Assembly: GCA_000004985.1 (NCBI GenBank)
Contig: GG738846.1
DNA: 64,000 nucleotides
Reading direction: 5' to 3' (one strand)
From: Naegleria gruberi
Taxonomy: Eukaryota
The notes beneath the pieces are model-generated. The model had not been told where the DNA came from. It worked only from the letters and a program-made list of their open reading frames with translations, and made no database searches. The position numbers and the translations under genes are program-made. Shown here one piece after another: positions 1 to 11,823 of the stretch. Each line of letters starts with the position of its first letter. Positions within the stretch are counted from its first letter, which is position 1.

Positions 1-1100
1 ATGAAATTGTGAACTCTTCTTTCAGACCAATTGTAAAGTTCCATATCTCTGTCGGTCTGTGGAATAATTTCCACATAGGCCAGCTCTGAAAATATTTCCT
101 GCTCTAACAATTTATAAATACAGGAACATCCTTGTATTGAAATTCTTAATAACTTGGGGAATTTCTTCCTTGTTATGGCGGAAAGAATATTCCTCTCTAA
201 TCGTTCTGTATCAATTTTAAAATAATAATTCGAATCACTGGAAGCCAACCTGATGGTTAAATCAATAACATTAGGAAATTCTTGACCATCAAGGAAGTTG
301 TCGTATTCAGTTGAAGTTTCATTGGGAATTTGGAAAGAAAAGCATAAAAATTGAGCATATTTGTTGGGTATTACAAATTGTTGATAGTGCTCTGATGTGA
401 AATTAATTGAAAGGGCCACACAAGTGGGCTCCAATTGTCTCAAGAGCATTAAACTTTCAATATCAGTTTCCATATCAATTACAAAACCAAGTGAGCGATC
501 TGTTGGGTTACTTGAAACTAAACCTTTCGAAATAAGACAACTTCTTTCCAATGTATCCCAATACATATAACTATCATTCTTAAATCTCTCACTATCAAAA
601 TAAGTAATCATATCAAGTACCAATATAAATGCCTTGTGTAAATACAGGTCATATGGTTCCAATTGAGTGATAGATTTAATCTTTTCAAATTTAGATTCAG
701 ATATCATTAACGTATCAACTCTTTCCTCAAATAACTTGTTCACTTCCTCGTTTGCAAAATCATTAGGAATTCCATCCAAGTCCACAGGTATCTGATAGTG
801 AAAGCCACACATAGATGGATCAATAATTTGTGAATATTCTCTGTTGGAATTCATCTCAGTTGCCTCAATAAGTTTTTGCATTTTCACAAGCGAAACTGAA
901 TCATAAACTGAAATATCTCCTCTTGCTAATGAAAATCCCTCAAAAGATTGATATCGTTTCCAATAAACAACCATTTCCAATACATTCGAAACTTTTTTCC
1001 AATAGTCATGCATTTCCTGCATGAATAATTGACAAGCTTTTTTACTAGTAACACAACACAGGGTATGAACTGTTCTAATTGTTTGAATATTTAAAGTATC
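1..1100 (-). CDS. hypothetical protein, N-terminal part; ORF runs off the window start
   Basis: Own minus-strand translation from the ATG at 1100-1098 (MVDTLNIQTIRTVHTLCC...TDRDMELYNWSERRVHNF) stays open to position 1. It is absent from the ORF track because no stop bounds it within the window. No family recognised. Confidence 0.4.
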
Positions 1101-1605
1101 CACCATTTTTGGAAATAATGTTTAAATTTCATAATATTTTCATTAGAATTTAAATTCACTTGATAGATCGGACCAAGCAAATATTGAAGTATACAAAATT
1201 GCCAAATTTCCAATGGGAGGGCAAGTAGATTCATTTTTTTTAAATTCTATTTGTCAACACTTTTGTGAACTTGCAATTACAAAATGAAAGATCCAAAATG
1301 AATTTAGAAATCTCAGCAAAATGTGGCACCATTGAAGAAAATCAAACTTTGATGTATTAAACCAATTTCCAGTATCCAAGCTAGACTCTTTCCCTTAAAA
1401 TCAAGTGTTGGATAATTTTAAAAATTAAATTTAAAAAAAAATTCAAAACACAACCCTCATCATCTACCTTCGCAAATTTTCATTTTTTGAAAATTCAATT
1501 TTTGGTTGTTGTTACCTGAATATCGGAATAAAGAAATAGCAAGTCTTTTAGTAACTGTATTACCCAATTTCTCTAATTGATTACTCATCTAAACGGAAAA
1601 AACAA

Positions 1606-4092
1606 ATGTTCCTAACTGGAAAGAAGAATATTCTCGGCTCACCAAAGGCTACCACTAACACACCTCCACTATCATCAGCAACAAAACCAGAATTACCAGA
1701 CTTTCAATTGGATGACATATTTACAGTGGAAGAATATGATGCCTTCTATTATATAACTTCAAGAAAGTTGTTCGGTTCATCACCATCATCATCATCAACG
1801 GGTTCTTTGAACGGTGAACAACAATTTAGAGAGGAAAAAGTGGATCTTTCATTGAGTTTTATTAGGAATGTTGATTTGGATATTTTGATTGCATACAGAG
1901 AGGCTTGTTCTTCATCATCTACAATGAGAAAGGAATTGGAGGATGCTATGGAAATGCTTTTTATATTGAACGAGAAGATGACATACTTGAAATCCCTTTC
2001 AGAGAAGGCAGAACAGGCCAGAGAAACAAGAGCTTTGGAAATTGGGAAGAGAAATTTAATTCAAACAATAATGATATTGAAGAGATTGAATTCATTCACT
2101 ACCATTATTGAAAAGATGAAAATTCAAGCATCAAAGAAACAATACAAACAAGTGACAGAGTTTTTGATTGTTTCTAACGAGCTGAAACAATCCCTTGAAG
2201 AATTCAAGACTGTTCCAAAAGCTCAGTTAATTTTCAAGAGATTTGATAATTTTAGACAATCACTTCAAGGAATATTGTTGAAGGATTGTAAAGAGCTGGG
2301 ATCAAAGAAGGATGAAAATTTACAAGGTATCCTCTCAGAAATGTGTCCAATCGTTGATGCTTTGGAGGATGATGTTGTAAGAATAGAGTTGGTTTCTAAA
2401 TTTGCTGCCTTACAACTCTCTACCTATGAATCTCAATTTAAAGACAGGAAATTGGAAAGCATTGATGATCGATTCAAATTTATCAAACAATTGCTCAAGA
2501 ATTTCGAGGAAGAGTACGATCATATTTTCCCACATGATTGGTGTGTTCCACAAGAACTTGTAGTAGAGTTTAGTTTAAAGACCCGAGAATCCATTCTTTT
2601 ATGGTTGAAGAAGGACAGTTCAATAAGTGGTAAACTACTATATCTAGCCATTCTCTCAACAATGAAATTTGAAAGAAACATGCAGTCTCGATTCTATCCA
2701 GAAAAGTCACCAGTACAACCAGCTGCTCATAATGAGGATGAAGTAGAAATCAAAACTCCAAAGAACAAGTACAATTTCAGAGGATTCATAAGCTCATGCT
2801 TTGAAGATCATATGCACGTCTATATCAAGTTTGAGGAAGATGCCATGAAGGAAATTTTGGCCAAAATTGTAAAAAAGGAAACCTGGGATAATGTTAATCA
2901 AGCTAGTAGTTGCCAAGATGTCCTGATCTATGTGATTGAATCAATGAAATCATGTAGTGCTGTGTCGAGTGGAAAAACTTTGAACGATGTTCTTCAAAGT
3001 GTTTTCAGAAAATGTTTAATGAGCTATGCTGATATTCTCATTCAAAAACTTCCTAAAGTTCAAAATACCACACCAACAGAACAAAAGTCTGTCACTTCAA
3101 CAATTACCGGCTATGTTGGAATGACTACCAAGTTAGGTCTATCAGCAGTACTCCCAACTGATACAATTACCACGGAAAAGAAGAGACTCACCGAGAAGGA
3201 GGAAAAGATCATCTTTTACATTATTCACTGTGCAGATTATATTCAACAAAATACTCAACCTTTGGAAGAAGAATTAAGAGGATTACTCCAAGAGCCATAC
3301 TCTGCACAAATTGATCTCTCTCAAGAACAAGAAAAGTTTTTAGGAATTGTAAAGAGTGGTATTGAAATGCTTGTGAATAATTTGATGAATGTTTTGGAAA
3401 AGCCACTCTCTGAAATGTTGGCTAAAAATTGGGGAATTATGGAAAGTGTTGGAGATCAATCTGGATATGTTTCAAACATTGTTCAAAATTTGAATGATAT
3501 TGCGCCATACATTGCCAACTCACTTTCTTTGGATAATTTCAAATTTTTGTGTGATAGATTTACAATTACCTTTATCACAACATTTTTATCCAATATTTAC
3601 AAATGTAAAAAGTTTTCACGAGTTGGAGCTCATCAAATGTTGGTAGATGTCAAATCACTTACTCAATATAGTTTGAGACGTTTACTAGTTCTGGGAAATG
3701 ATAAGAGATTCGAGCAATCAGATATTTCTTCCTTCCAAAAGTTAGTAGACTCTAAAATGCAAAAGATTGAAATTACATTACGTGCATTGGCAGCAGTTCC
3801 TGACAATACCTATGAAATTTATCTTCAAATGCCTGAACATTCTCTCCAAGAGTTGACCAAGTTATTGGAAATGAAGGAAATTTCCAGAAGTGAGAGAAAT
3901 CACATTTTGGATCGTTATCAAAAGGAAGCTGTAAAGAAGGAAGAAACCAAGGATGCATCCTACCTCTCAATGATTGGAACTGGTTCTGCAAAGGTTGGTA
4001 AGGCAACAGTTCAAGCAACCTCAGCAGCCACCTCTGCAATTTTCTCTGCTGGTAAATCAGTAATTAACAAATCAATGTCCATAATAAAGTAA
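1606..4092 (+). CDS. vps53: VPS53, GARP/EARP tethering complex subunit (828 aa)
   Basis: ATG at 1606 and TAA at 4090-4092, single exon. Blocks align to metazoan/fungal VPS53: [24 protein letters not shown] ~ [39 protein letters not shown] ~ [37 protein letters not shown] ~ [42 protein letters not shown] ~ [21 protein letters not shown]. N-terminal coiled-coil region present. Confidence 0.9.
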   Translation: [828 protein letters not shown]

Positions 4093-4297
4093 ATTTATTA
4101 ACACAGATAACAATCAAATGAATAGTGTATAAAGACAAGTTCAAATAGTTGTCCTTCTAATCTAGCAGTAGATAAGTTAACAATGGATTCATCAAAAAGC
4201 CTTTTTTGTCAAGTATCAGAGTTTCACTGATATCTTGTGGCGATCACTCAGCTTTCATAACATGAAAAAAACTGCAAACACAAATTATCACGAGAAT

Positions 4298-7188
4298 ATG
4301 AACACCCAAAAATTGTTCATTTTCCTTCTCGTATTCCTTTCAGTTGTTACACTTCAAGAAGTAACAGCATCCTTCATCAACTCGAAGAATATCTACACGT
4401 TCGGCTACATTTACTACTCTGGTTTTTCACCACTAGCCATCACACCTGATACTAGCACTCCAATTGAAAATGATCTACTACCCAAATATCTATTCAACGG
4501 CACCGAATCATGGAAATTAATAACAGGAAATGAAACAACCACCACTACTATGAACACTTCTGTTAAACTGCAACAAATAGTTACGGGCATGTCGGTGATG
4601 TTTTACGTGTTGGAATATTTCAATAGTGATACGAATAGTTCTCTTGGGCAAAGAATTCTCGTCTCTGGAAGTAATATGAATGGACAGGGAGCTGTTATCA
4701 AACCACCCTATATCATGTCTACTCCAGAATTAATTTACATCTATTCGAAAGATGGACAAGCTTTTAATCCCTTCTCTAATTCGAATAGGATTATTCACAT
4801 GGCTTGTTTGTATTCATGTTTGATCGTGTCCAGTGATGGTCATGTTCGTTACCATTATGGACTGTTGGAAGTTGGTACTGGAATTTGGAATGTTCGATTT
4901 AGTGCAGTTTCGTATAACGATCCAGATAATGGTCAATTGTTAACTGGTGTGAAATATGTACATGCTACAATTGGTGGATATTATGGTTGTGAAACAATGT
5001 TTGCAGTTACTAATTATGGTCATGTTTTTAGTAGTGGATGTCATAATTCTGGATTGAGAGGAACTTCCTCTTCCTATTCAGATACGAGTGTTAATTTAAT
5101 TCCATCATTGAGGAATATTACAACAGTTTCGGTTGGTTTCTTGGATGGAAATGGAGAGACTGGCAAGACAGCTGCTGGAGCTATTGATGTGAATGGAGTT
5201 TTGTGGACTTGGGGAAGTAATTTTAATGGAATGTTGGGTTGGAATTCGACACTAAATGTTAGTGAAACAGCTCAACCTGTCACCTTAATTCAAAACCCAG
5301 TAACACAAGTTTCATTTGGATTTTCACATGCCATTGTAATGACAAATAATGGAGATGTTTTGTGTTTTGGAGGAAATCTTTACCAGCAATGTGATTTCAA
5401 TCTTCTGATCCATCAATCATGGTCCCTAAAAAAATTGACAATGTTACAAATTCACTTTACTGCACTGCCAAGGAATACATTTCAATTTGCATTGTAATAG
5501 ATGGTACTGTTAAATCATGGGGAGTTTCTTTGAATTCGTATAAAAATCTGGGTCATGCTAGTAATCCAGTTTTTGACACGGTCAACTTGGGACAATCGAT
5601 AACTTCCTCAGTTTACTTGTCAGGAATTCATGGCATGGCAATCACTACAACAGAAAAGGTTAAAGTTTGGGGAAGTAATAATAATGGGATGTTAACACTT
5701 GGAGATGAATACATGATTAGATATCCTAGAAAATTAACAACTTTTGGACTTTCTTATTCGAATGTTTCGGTTGTGATTGCCAAATCAGGAAATGCTTGTT
5801 CATTCTTATTGACTGCTTTGGGGAATGATAGTTCTACCAATGTATTAGAATATTGGGGAGGTTGCAATAACGGTCTTGGATTTTCAGTAACTGCCAATAC
5901 TCCAACACAAGCACTCACATCATTGACATCTAAAAAAGTTATTGACCTAGATATGAAAGGAGAGTTTGCAGTAGCTCTTGTTGAGAATGGGGATGTCTAT
6001 GCTTGGGGAAAGGGAGATTATTACTCTTTTGGCTCTTCATCAAGTAGTAATCCAACTCCTACGTTAATCTATTCGAATGTTAAACTAATCACAGCTGCCT
6101 CTTCCAATACGTATCTATTATTACAGAATGGAACACTATTGGGTATTGGTGATAATACCTATGATGAATTAGGTGTCACTGGACCGACTAGTATTTCAAA
6201 TTTCATTGCATTGAATACTTCAATCATTGATTCGAATAATGAAGTCATTGTTGACATTAAGGGAGGTACACAAACACTCTTTGTCTTGACAGATAAGGGA
6301 AATGTGTACGGTATTGGTTTAAATACTGGAGGTAATAAGTATCTTTCCCCTAGTGCAACTTCCAAATATTCAACTTTTATTCGAATCAATGGAAATGTCA
6401 AAGTTAGAAAGATGTTTGTTGGATTTTACAGTGCTACTGTATTTGTTTCAACAAGTGGAGTACCCTACTATTTCGATGGAACACCAATCAAATTGAATCT
6501 TCCATCAGATGATTCGTATTTGGTTGACTCATTCATGTATTCAAAAAGACACTACTTTATTACCAAAAAAGGGAATGTTTACACATCTGGTTCCAATGAT
6601 TATTATCAGACTTCATACAGAAGTGGTTTTAATCCAGTTATTTCTGCTCCAACTCTCTACATGACAAAAGATTATTTTGATGGAGTACCATATATGGGAA
6701 TTGCTGGATCTTTGGTTGCCGGAATTATTACCAGAGAAGAATATACATGTTTTGGAGTGAATTCTACCGATTCAACTGTCTGCTCTTCTCGTGGTTATTG
6801 TTCTGGACCAGATTCTTGCACATGTGATGAAGGATATTATGGGTTGACCTGTGCCAATTTTTCCTGCAATTCAATTTCCTCATTCAATTCTTCAGTTTGC
6901 TCTGGAAGAGGAATTTGTTCTGGGCCTAATACTTGCTCTAATTGTACAAATTCTATTGGAAACAATTGTGAATATCCTATTTGTTATGGAACTTATTCGA
7001 ATAATGTTTCAGTTTGTAGTGGAAATGGATATTGCACATCAGTAGATACTTGTCAATGTAAATTTGGATTTTATGGAACTAAATGTGAATATAGAACGTG
7101 TTTTGGAGGTTCAGCATTGAATGGAGTTTTACCAAGACAGACAGTCGCCGATGTCTTTTGTAAAAACATTAACAAGCTATTGAAATAA
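4298..7188 (+). CDS. secreted RCC1-like beta-propeller repeat protein with C-terminal tenascin-type EGF repeats; reading frame disrupted near 5395-5420
   Basis: The likely start is the ATG at 4298, giving a signal-peptide-like N-terminus (MNTQKLFIFLLVFLSVVTLQEVTA). RCC1 blade motifs (G.V..WG.N..G.LG) recur in both track ORFs 4235-5497 and 5419-7188. The C-terminus carries CSGRGICSGPNTC / CSGNGYCTSVDTCQC repeats. The two ORFs overlap in different frames. A single-nt shift around 5395 gives continuous RCC1-like sequence (GGNLYQQCDF|QSSDPSIMVPKK...ICIVIDGTVKSWG). No GT-AG intron reconciles the frames. Confidence 0.7.
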
Positions 7189-7224
7189 TCAACAACTGTG
7201 TGAACTAACTTGTCATGAATTTAT

Positions 7225-8172
7225 TCAGATATCATTAATGCGCTTTTTCCACATACTATCCTTAATAGCATCTTTCAAAAATTTCTCCTTCTCACCATGA
7301 TCCATCTTATATTCATTCCTATGCTCCTTACATATTTTCAATAGATTGTAAATCATTCCATCCAATGTGCCGTCATTATAAATTATGGAAACCAAACTCT
7401 TCAATTCAGCATTACTTTCATTACCTTGCTGTTGATAGATATCGGTGCATGTTTTAAAAAAGTTGAACGCCTTATTTTCAGATAGGAAATTGTGAAATGA
7501 TTTCAATACGGGAATCATATCTTCAGTTTCGAGTTCGATTAGAATTTCGTAGAGCGGCTTGCAAATTTCAGCAACTTTGGACACTAAATGAATTTTCTTA
7601 CTTGTTGGAGAGGGAAATTCACATATTTGGAGTTTCAATAATTCAAGTTTGAGTTCTGGCAGGACAAGATATTCAGCCAAACGTGTCAAGTCCCTTTTCA
7701 ATACTTCATTACACTTGTCAAGCTGCTCTCTGTGAAAGAATTTTTTCAATTGTTTCATTGATTTGGGAATATTCGAAAGTTTTAGTTCATCACTTGGCAA
7801 GACGAAACTTGATTCTTCTTTGAAATTATTGGAAATGGCAGCTTTCAAAACTGGTCCTCTCAATAATTCCTTTCTGACAAGTATTTTGCTCTTGGTACTT
7901 CCTTCATAAATTATGCATAATTCTTCATTATGATCATCTGAACAAGTTTCACTTTTCTTGGTCTTCTTTTTCTCTGGTTCAGAAGAGCTGGCCTCAGACG
8001 AAACCTTTCGTTTTTCACTGTTGGTGCTTTTCAATGCTTTTAAAACTTGCTGTTGTAATTCATTTCCTTCTTTTTGAGCAGAAAGAATTTCACGAAGCAA
8101 ACTGATGATTTCTTCCTTGATCAGTTATTCGAATAATAATTGACGAAACAAACCTTCTTTATCTGAAGACAT
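7225..8172 (-). CDS. hypothetical protein (possible BTB-like fold), two exons: 8154-8172 and 7225-8111
   Basis: Track ORF 7225-8100 begins with TTG and has no in-frame ATG. An upstream ATG at 8172-8170 (MSSDKE) joins in frame through a 42-nt GT..AG intron (8112-8153) to EIISLLREILSAQ.... The middle segment CIIYEGSTKSKILVRKELLRGPVLKAAI...FVLPSD is weakly BTB-like. The intron call is inference. Confidence 0.45.
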
Positions 8173-8442
8173 TGAGTTATTTTTTTTGTTTGATTTTTTG
8201 TTTTCAAACACAAACTTTGCCAATTCCCATAAAAATTGCAAGTCAAATCAAGTTTGTTCTTCATTAGGTAAATTTCGACTGATTTATTGATATCAATATT
8301 GCAATTTAACAGAATCACATCTGATCCTATGACAATTTATCAAAGATGTTGAAAAGATGGTTTGTAGAATATTCTTTAATCTCTCATGTTAATTATTTAC
8401 ATTATTTTCATCATCAAACACCTGGATTAGACTATTAATTGA

Positions 8443-8721
8443 CTAATCCTCGTCATTACTTTCTTTACTCTCAACCTCTTCATCATCCTTCTTTTCTCTC
8501 AACCTCAAAACCAAGAACAACGTATCATCCTTCTTAACATTATACTCTACCAATGATTTTTCCTCATCACGCAATTGTTTTCCACCGAAAATGTAAACCT
8601 GAAAACCTGGAACAGTTCCCTCCTTTTGAAAAATCTTGTTTTGCAAGTTTTTGATCGTGTCATTGGCTTCACAATCAACTGGGATTATTTTACCAGTGCA
8701 TGTCTTGACGAATATTTGCAT
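8443..8721 (-). CDS. ubiquitin-like domain protein (91 aa) with acidic C-terminal tail
   Basis: ATG at 8721. MQIFVKTCTGKIIPVDCEANDTIKNLQNKIFQKEGTVPGFQVYIFGGKQL is a ubiquitin-fold signature (MQIFVKT...). No C-terminal GG is present, so it is not ubiquitin or NEDD8 itself. Confidence 0.6.
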   Translation of the reverse strand: MQIFVKTCTGKIIPVDCEANDTIKNLQNKIFQKEGTVPGFQVYIFGGKQLRDEEKSLVEYNVKKDDTLFLVLRLREKKDDEEVESKESNDED

Positions 8722-8927
8722 TTTCTTTTTTTGTTGTATTATTTGATATTTGATTTCACATGCATGATCAACAAGATAAAGGAATATGAATGAAAGGTAA
8801 TGGTTGTGGGACTGTTATGAAATGCTACTCCAAGATTAGTTTATAATCTGTTACATTTTGGATTTACTGAACAAGATTATAATCATAGTCAATTGGGGTT
8901 ACTTGCACTTCTAACACAACAATTAGT

Positions 8928-9782
8928 TTATTGATACAATTTGGAATCATCAGAGATGGCCATTACCTCAGAGGAAAATGAAATAGCCGAAGGACTTGTT
9001 GGACTCATATCACCTCCTGAGCTAGATGGTAAGGAGAGGAAATTATCACCACTCCCACTCAGATCTGAGAGATGATTCCTCGTTGTTGATGGAACATGCA
9101 AATGATTGGAACGGAGTTTCTTTTGAGAGAGGGCCTCCTTTCTCTTTTCAATTTCTTGCATTGCAATTTCCATATCTCTAAATAAGGGAAAGAAGAGAAA
9201 GAGAATTAGAATTCCAAATGTTAAAACACCTGTACAGTTCAAGAATTGCCAAATGACTGAATAGTTTGCCAATTCTGTGGCTCCAGAAGCAATGGCAATG
9301 GCAATTAATTGTAATGAAATGCACATTAATAAACCAATCAATAATCCAAAGGTTATTTTGAAAGGTGATTGAACTCTCTTCTCAAACGAAACCTTATCAA
9401 ATGATTGTCTCGTATTATTGGAACTGTGAGAAGTTTGACTTTCAATATTACTTTCAGATTTCTGAGCAAACGATTCTGAATTTGTATTATTCGAAACATT
9501 TGCAGTCACCACATTCTTTGAGGTTTTCTGAATGGTTCGAATGACAATTATTCCAGAAGCAATTAACATTCCACCAACAAATAATAGAACAATTCCACCC
9601 ACTACAAATGAAGTCACTTGAATGGCAGCAACATATTCCTTTGGAATATAGTCGAATCTTCTAATTCCAGCAATTATTCCAATAAGTAAAATAATGACAA
9701 CGGCCACAATTACAAAAACAGTTCCCACAATGGTCATGATCATTCTAATAATTTTGGATGTTTGTTTTGAAATGGCTCTCAT
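8928..9782 (-). CDS. hypothetical multi-pass membrane protein
   Basis: First ATG at 9782 (the track start at 9785 is TTG). About 4-5 hydrophobic helices flank a Ser/Asn-rich hydrophilic loop. No family recognised. Confidence 0.5.
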   Translation of the reverse strand: MRAISKQTSKIIRMIMTIVGTVFVIVAVVIILLIGIIAGIRRFDYIPKEYVAAIQVTSFVVGGIVLLFVGGMLIASGIIVIRTIQKTSKNVVTANVSNNTNSESFAQKSESNIESQTSHSSNNTRQSFDKVSFEKRVQSPFKITFGLLIGLLMCISLQLIAIAIASGATELANYSVIWQFLNCTGVLTFGILILFLFFPLFRDMEIAMQEIEKRKEALSQKKLRSNHLHVPSTTRNHLSDLSGSGDNFLSLPSSSGGDMSPTSPSAISFSSEVMAISDDSKLYQ

Positions 9783-9851
9783 CAAGGTAGCAGTACTCCA
9801 ACTAAATTAAATATTTCCATAATTGGAATATTGAAACTTTACAATAAACAC

Positions 9852-10430
9852 TTACAACATATTTTGCACAAAAATTACAATGGAAAACAAGGTCAAAAAA
9901 TTACTCAACATGGAAAAGGTATTCAGACCTGCAAATACCTGCATTGTAACAAATAATTCCCATTCAATGAGTCCTCCATTTTCAGCTCTGGTTCGAACAG
10001 TCAATTGTAAACTTTCATTCACAACTCTAATTAACAAACTCATGATTTGAACAGTGACATAAATTCCAGTCATGATGAAGAGAATCTTTTGATTCCTTTT
10101 GAGTTTCAATTTTCTCGTCACTTTATAAATGAAACCAATGAGAATGAACATGTAAATGGTAAAGAGAAAGAGGAAGAGAATTGTATTCGAAAGTACGAGA
10201 CTACTCGACCAGATGGGTCTGAATTGATCGAGAGTAACATTCGTATAGCCATTATCGTTGATTATTGCAGAGGATGAGAAGAGAGATTGTATGTTTAAAG
10301 TTGACATTTTTTTTTTGGAGTTTAGGATAATGAAAGTCATGAAATTGTGGATGCGAAAATGAAATTCCCTTTTCGGCAATAAAATAGTTAACAAGATTAT
10401 TAAATTCCAAATCGGTGCGAGCAGATACAT
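9852..10430 (-). CDS. hypothetical membrane protein (192 aa)
   Basis: ATG at 10430, complete ORF with several hydrophobic segments. No homology recognised. Confidence 0.4.
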   Translation of the reverse strand: MYLLAPIWNLIILLTILLPKREFHFRIHNFMTFIILNSKKKMSTLNIQSLFSSSAIINDNGYTNVTLDQFRPIWSSSLVLSNTILFLFLFTIYMFILIGFIYKVTRKLKLKRNQKILFIMTGIYVTVQIMSLLIRVVNESLQLTVRTRAENGGLIEWELFVTMQVFAGLNTFSMLSNFLTLFSIVIFVQNML

Positions 10431-10728
10431 TTCAAAATTTTTGTATGTTTCTAGTCAACCCAATTTTTCTTTACAATATTTCGAATAACACAAGTTTCAT
10501 CAATTAATTAACATTACTGTTCGTGATTATTTAAACATCAATACTGTGAATGAACATTTCATACACTCCATAAAATTTCAAATGTTTGTATTCTGCTGCA
10601 ACTAAAAAATTACAAAACAAACTTCCCATTTTAGAAAAGGATGAATACTTCCCAGTAACCCCGCTACTGGCAATCTTTTTTCACATCCACACGAAAACCT
10701 ATGCAATTTCCACTTGAACTGAAAAAAA

Positions 10729-11769
10729 ATGCACAAACTCCTCTCTCTTCTCTTTGCATTACTCTCCCTAACATGTTTGTGTTTGGCTGGTAAATGTCCA
10801 CCAGGTTACTACTATGAAATTTATAAACCTTGTGTTGAGTGCAGTGTTGGCTATTATTGTAAGTAATTTTCATTAAAATTTGAATGTGTGAATGGTGTTT
10901 GAAATGTGTGTGTGAAATGTGTGTGAAACAATATGTAAATAGGTCCAGGTGATTCGAGAATGTATCAATGTTTTGAAGGTTATGCAACAACTGAACCTGG
11001 ACAGATAAGTTGTACACTCTGTCCAAGTAAGAGGGCCAATAGAGATCATACTGCATGTGTGTTGCCTGATACTCCAGCAAGTGCCATTGAAATTTTCTAT
11101 GATAATACAACTGTTCCATTTACTGTTGGAAGTGATGGAGGAAATTATTTCCTTACAGTGTATGGAAATGGTCAACCAACCAATAATACTTTACAAATTA
11201 CATTTGTTACAGTTAATCAAGAATTTGGTGGATTGAATATTTATGGATCAAAGGAAACTGGAAATCCATCCTCTTTTAATTTTCAATATTTTGGAATTGG
11301 TTCAAATGCTTCAATTTTTGATCCAAAAATGGATTTCAATGATATTACTGTTTATTACTTTTTTGCTTTGGATTACCTTCCTCAAGCAAAATATGTTCCT
11401 AAAATCTTCCCATTTTACACTACTTCCTATAAGATTTCGTCCAACAAGTTTAAAATCAGTCAGGTTGACTACATTTACCAAGAAAATCAAATAATTTTCA
11501 CTAAGGATTTAATTGCTGTTGGAACTAGAGTGCTTGTCAAGTTCCGTCTCTTGAATGCGGATTCAATCCCTTCCTATCAATTACTCTACTCATCAGCTTC
11601 CAATGAATACTATCCTAATCCAAACAATGCAGACTATGTTGTAAGAGGTAAAAAATCTGATATTTCCATTTTGAGTGTTCCACAATCAAGAGGTGGACCA
11701 TTTATTTTTTCATTGTATCTTCCTTCAAGTGCTCACGGTATTGGTATTGAATTTGAACTCGTTTTTTAA
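10729..11769 (+). CDS. secreted Cys-rich protein, two exons: 10729-10858 and 10943-11769
   Basis: ATG at 10729 encodes a signal peptide (MHKLLSLLFALLSLTCLCLAG) followed by CPPGYYYEIYKPCVECSVGYYC. A canonical GTAAGT donor at 10859 and an AATAG acceptor at 10941-10942 define an 84-nt intron in phase 1. It joins in frame to track ORF 10960-11769 (PGDSRMYQCFEGYATTEPGQISCTLCPSK...). The N-terminal Cys repeats look TNFR/furin-like. Confidence 0.6.
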
Positions 11770-11823
11770 GTCAATTAATTATAAAAACCTCGTGAGTTAA
11801 CAATTTACAGTAAAATGGAAAAT

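Noticed and set aside
1905-4039. Short ORFs nested in or antisense to vps53 (1905-2111, 3221-3406, 3773-4039) and analogous antisense ORFs inside the kinase (41170-43660), pex1, dymeclin and other large CDSs
   Set aside because: They are overlapped by a much longer, homology-supported CDS and are typical of chance ORFs.
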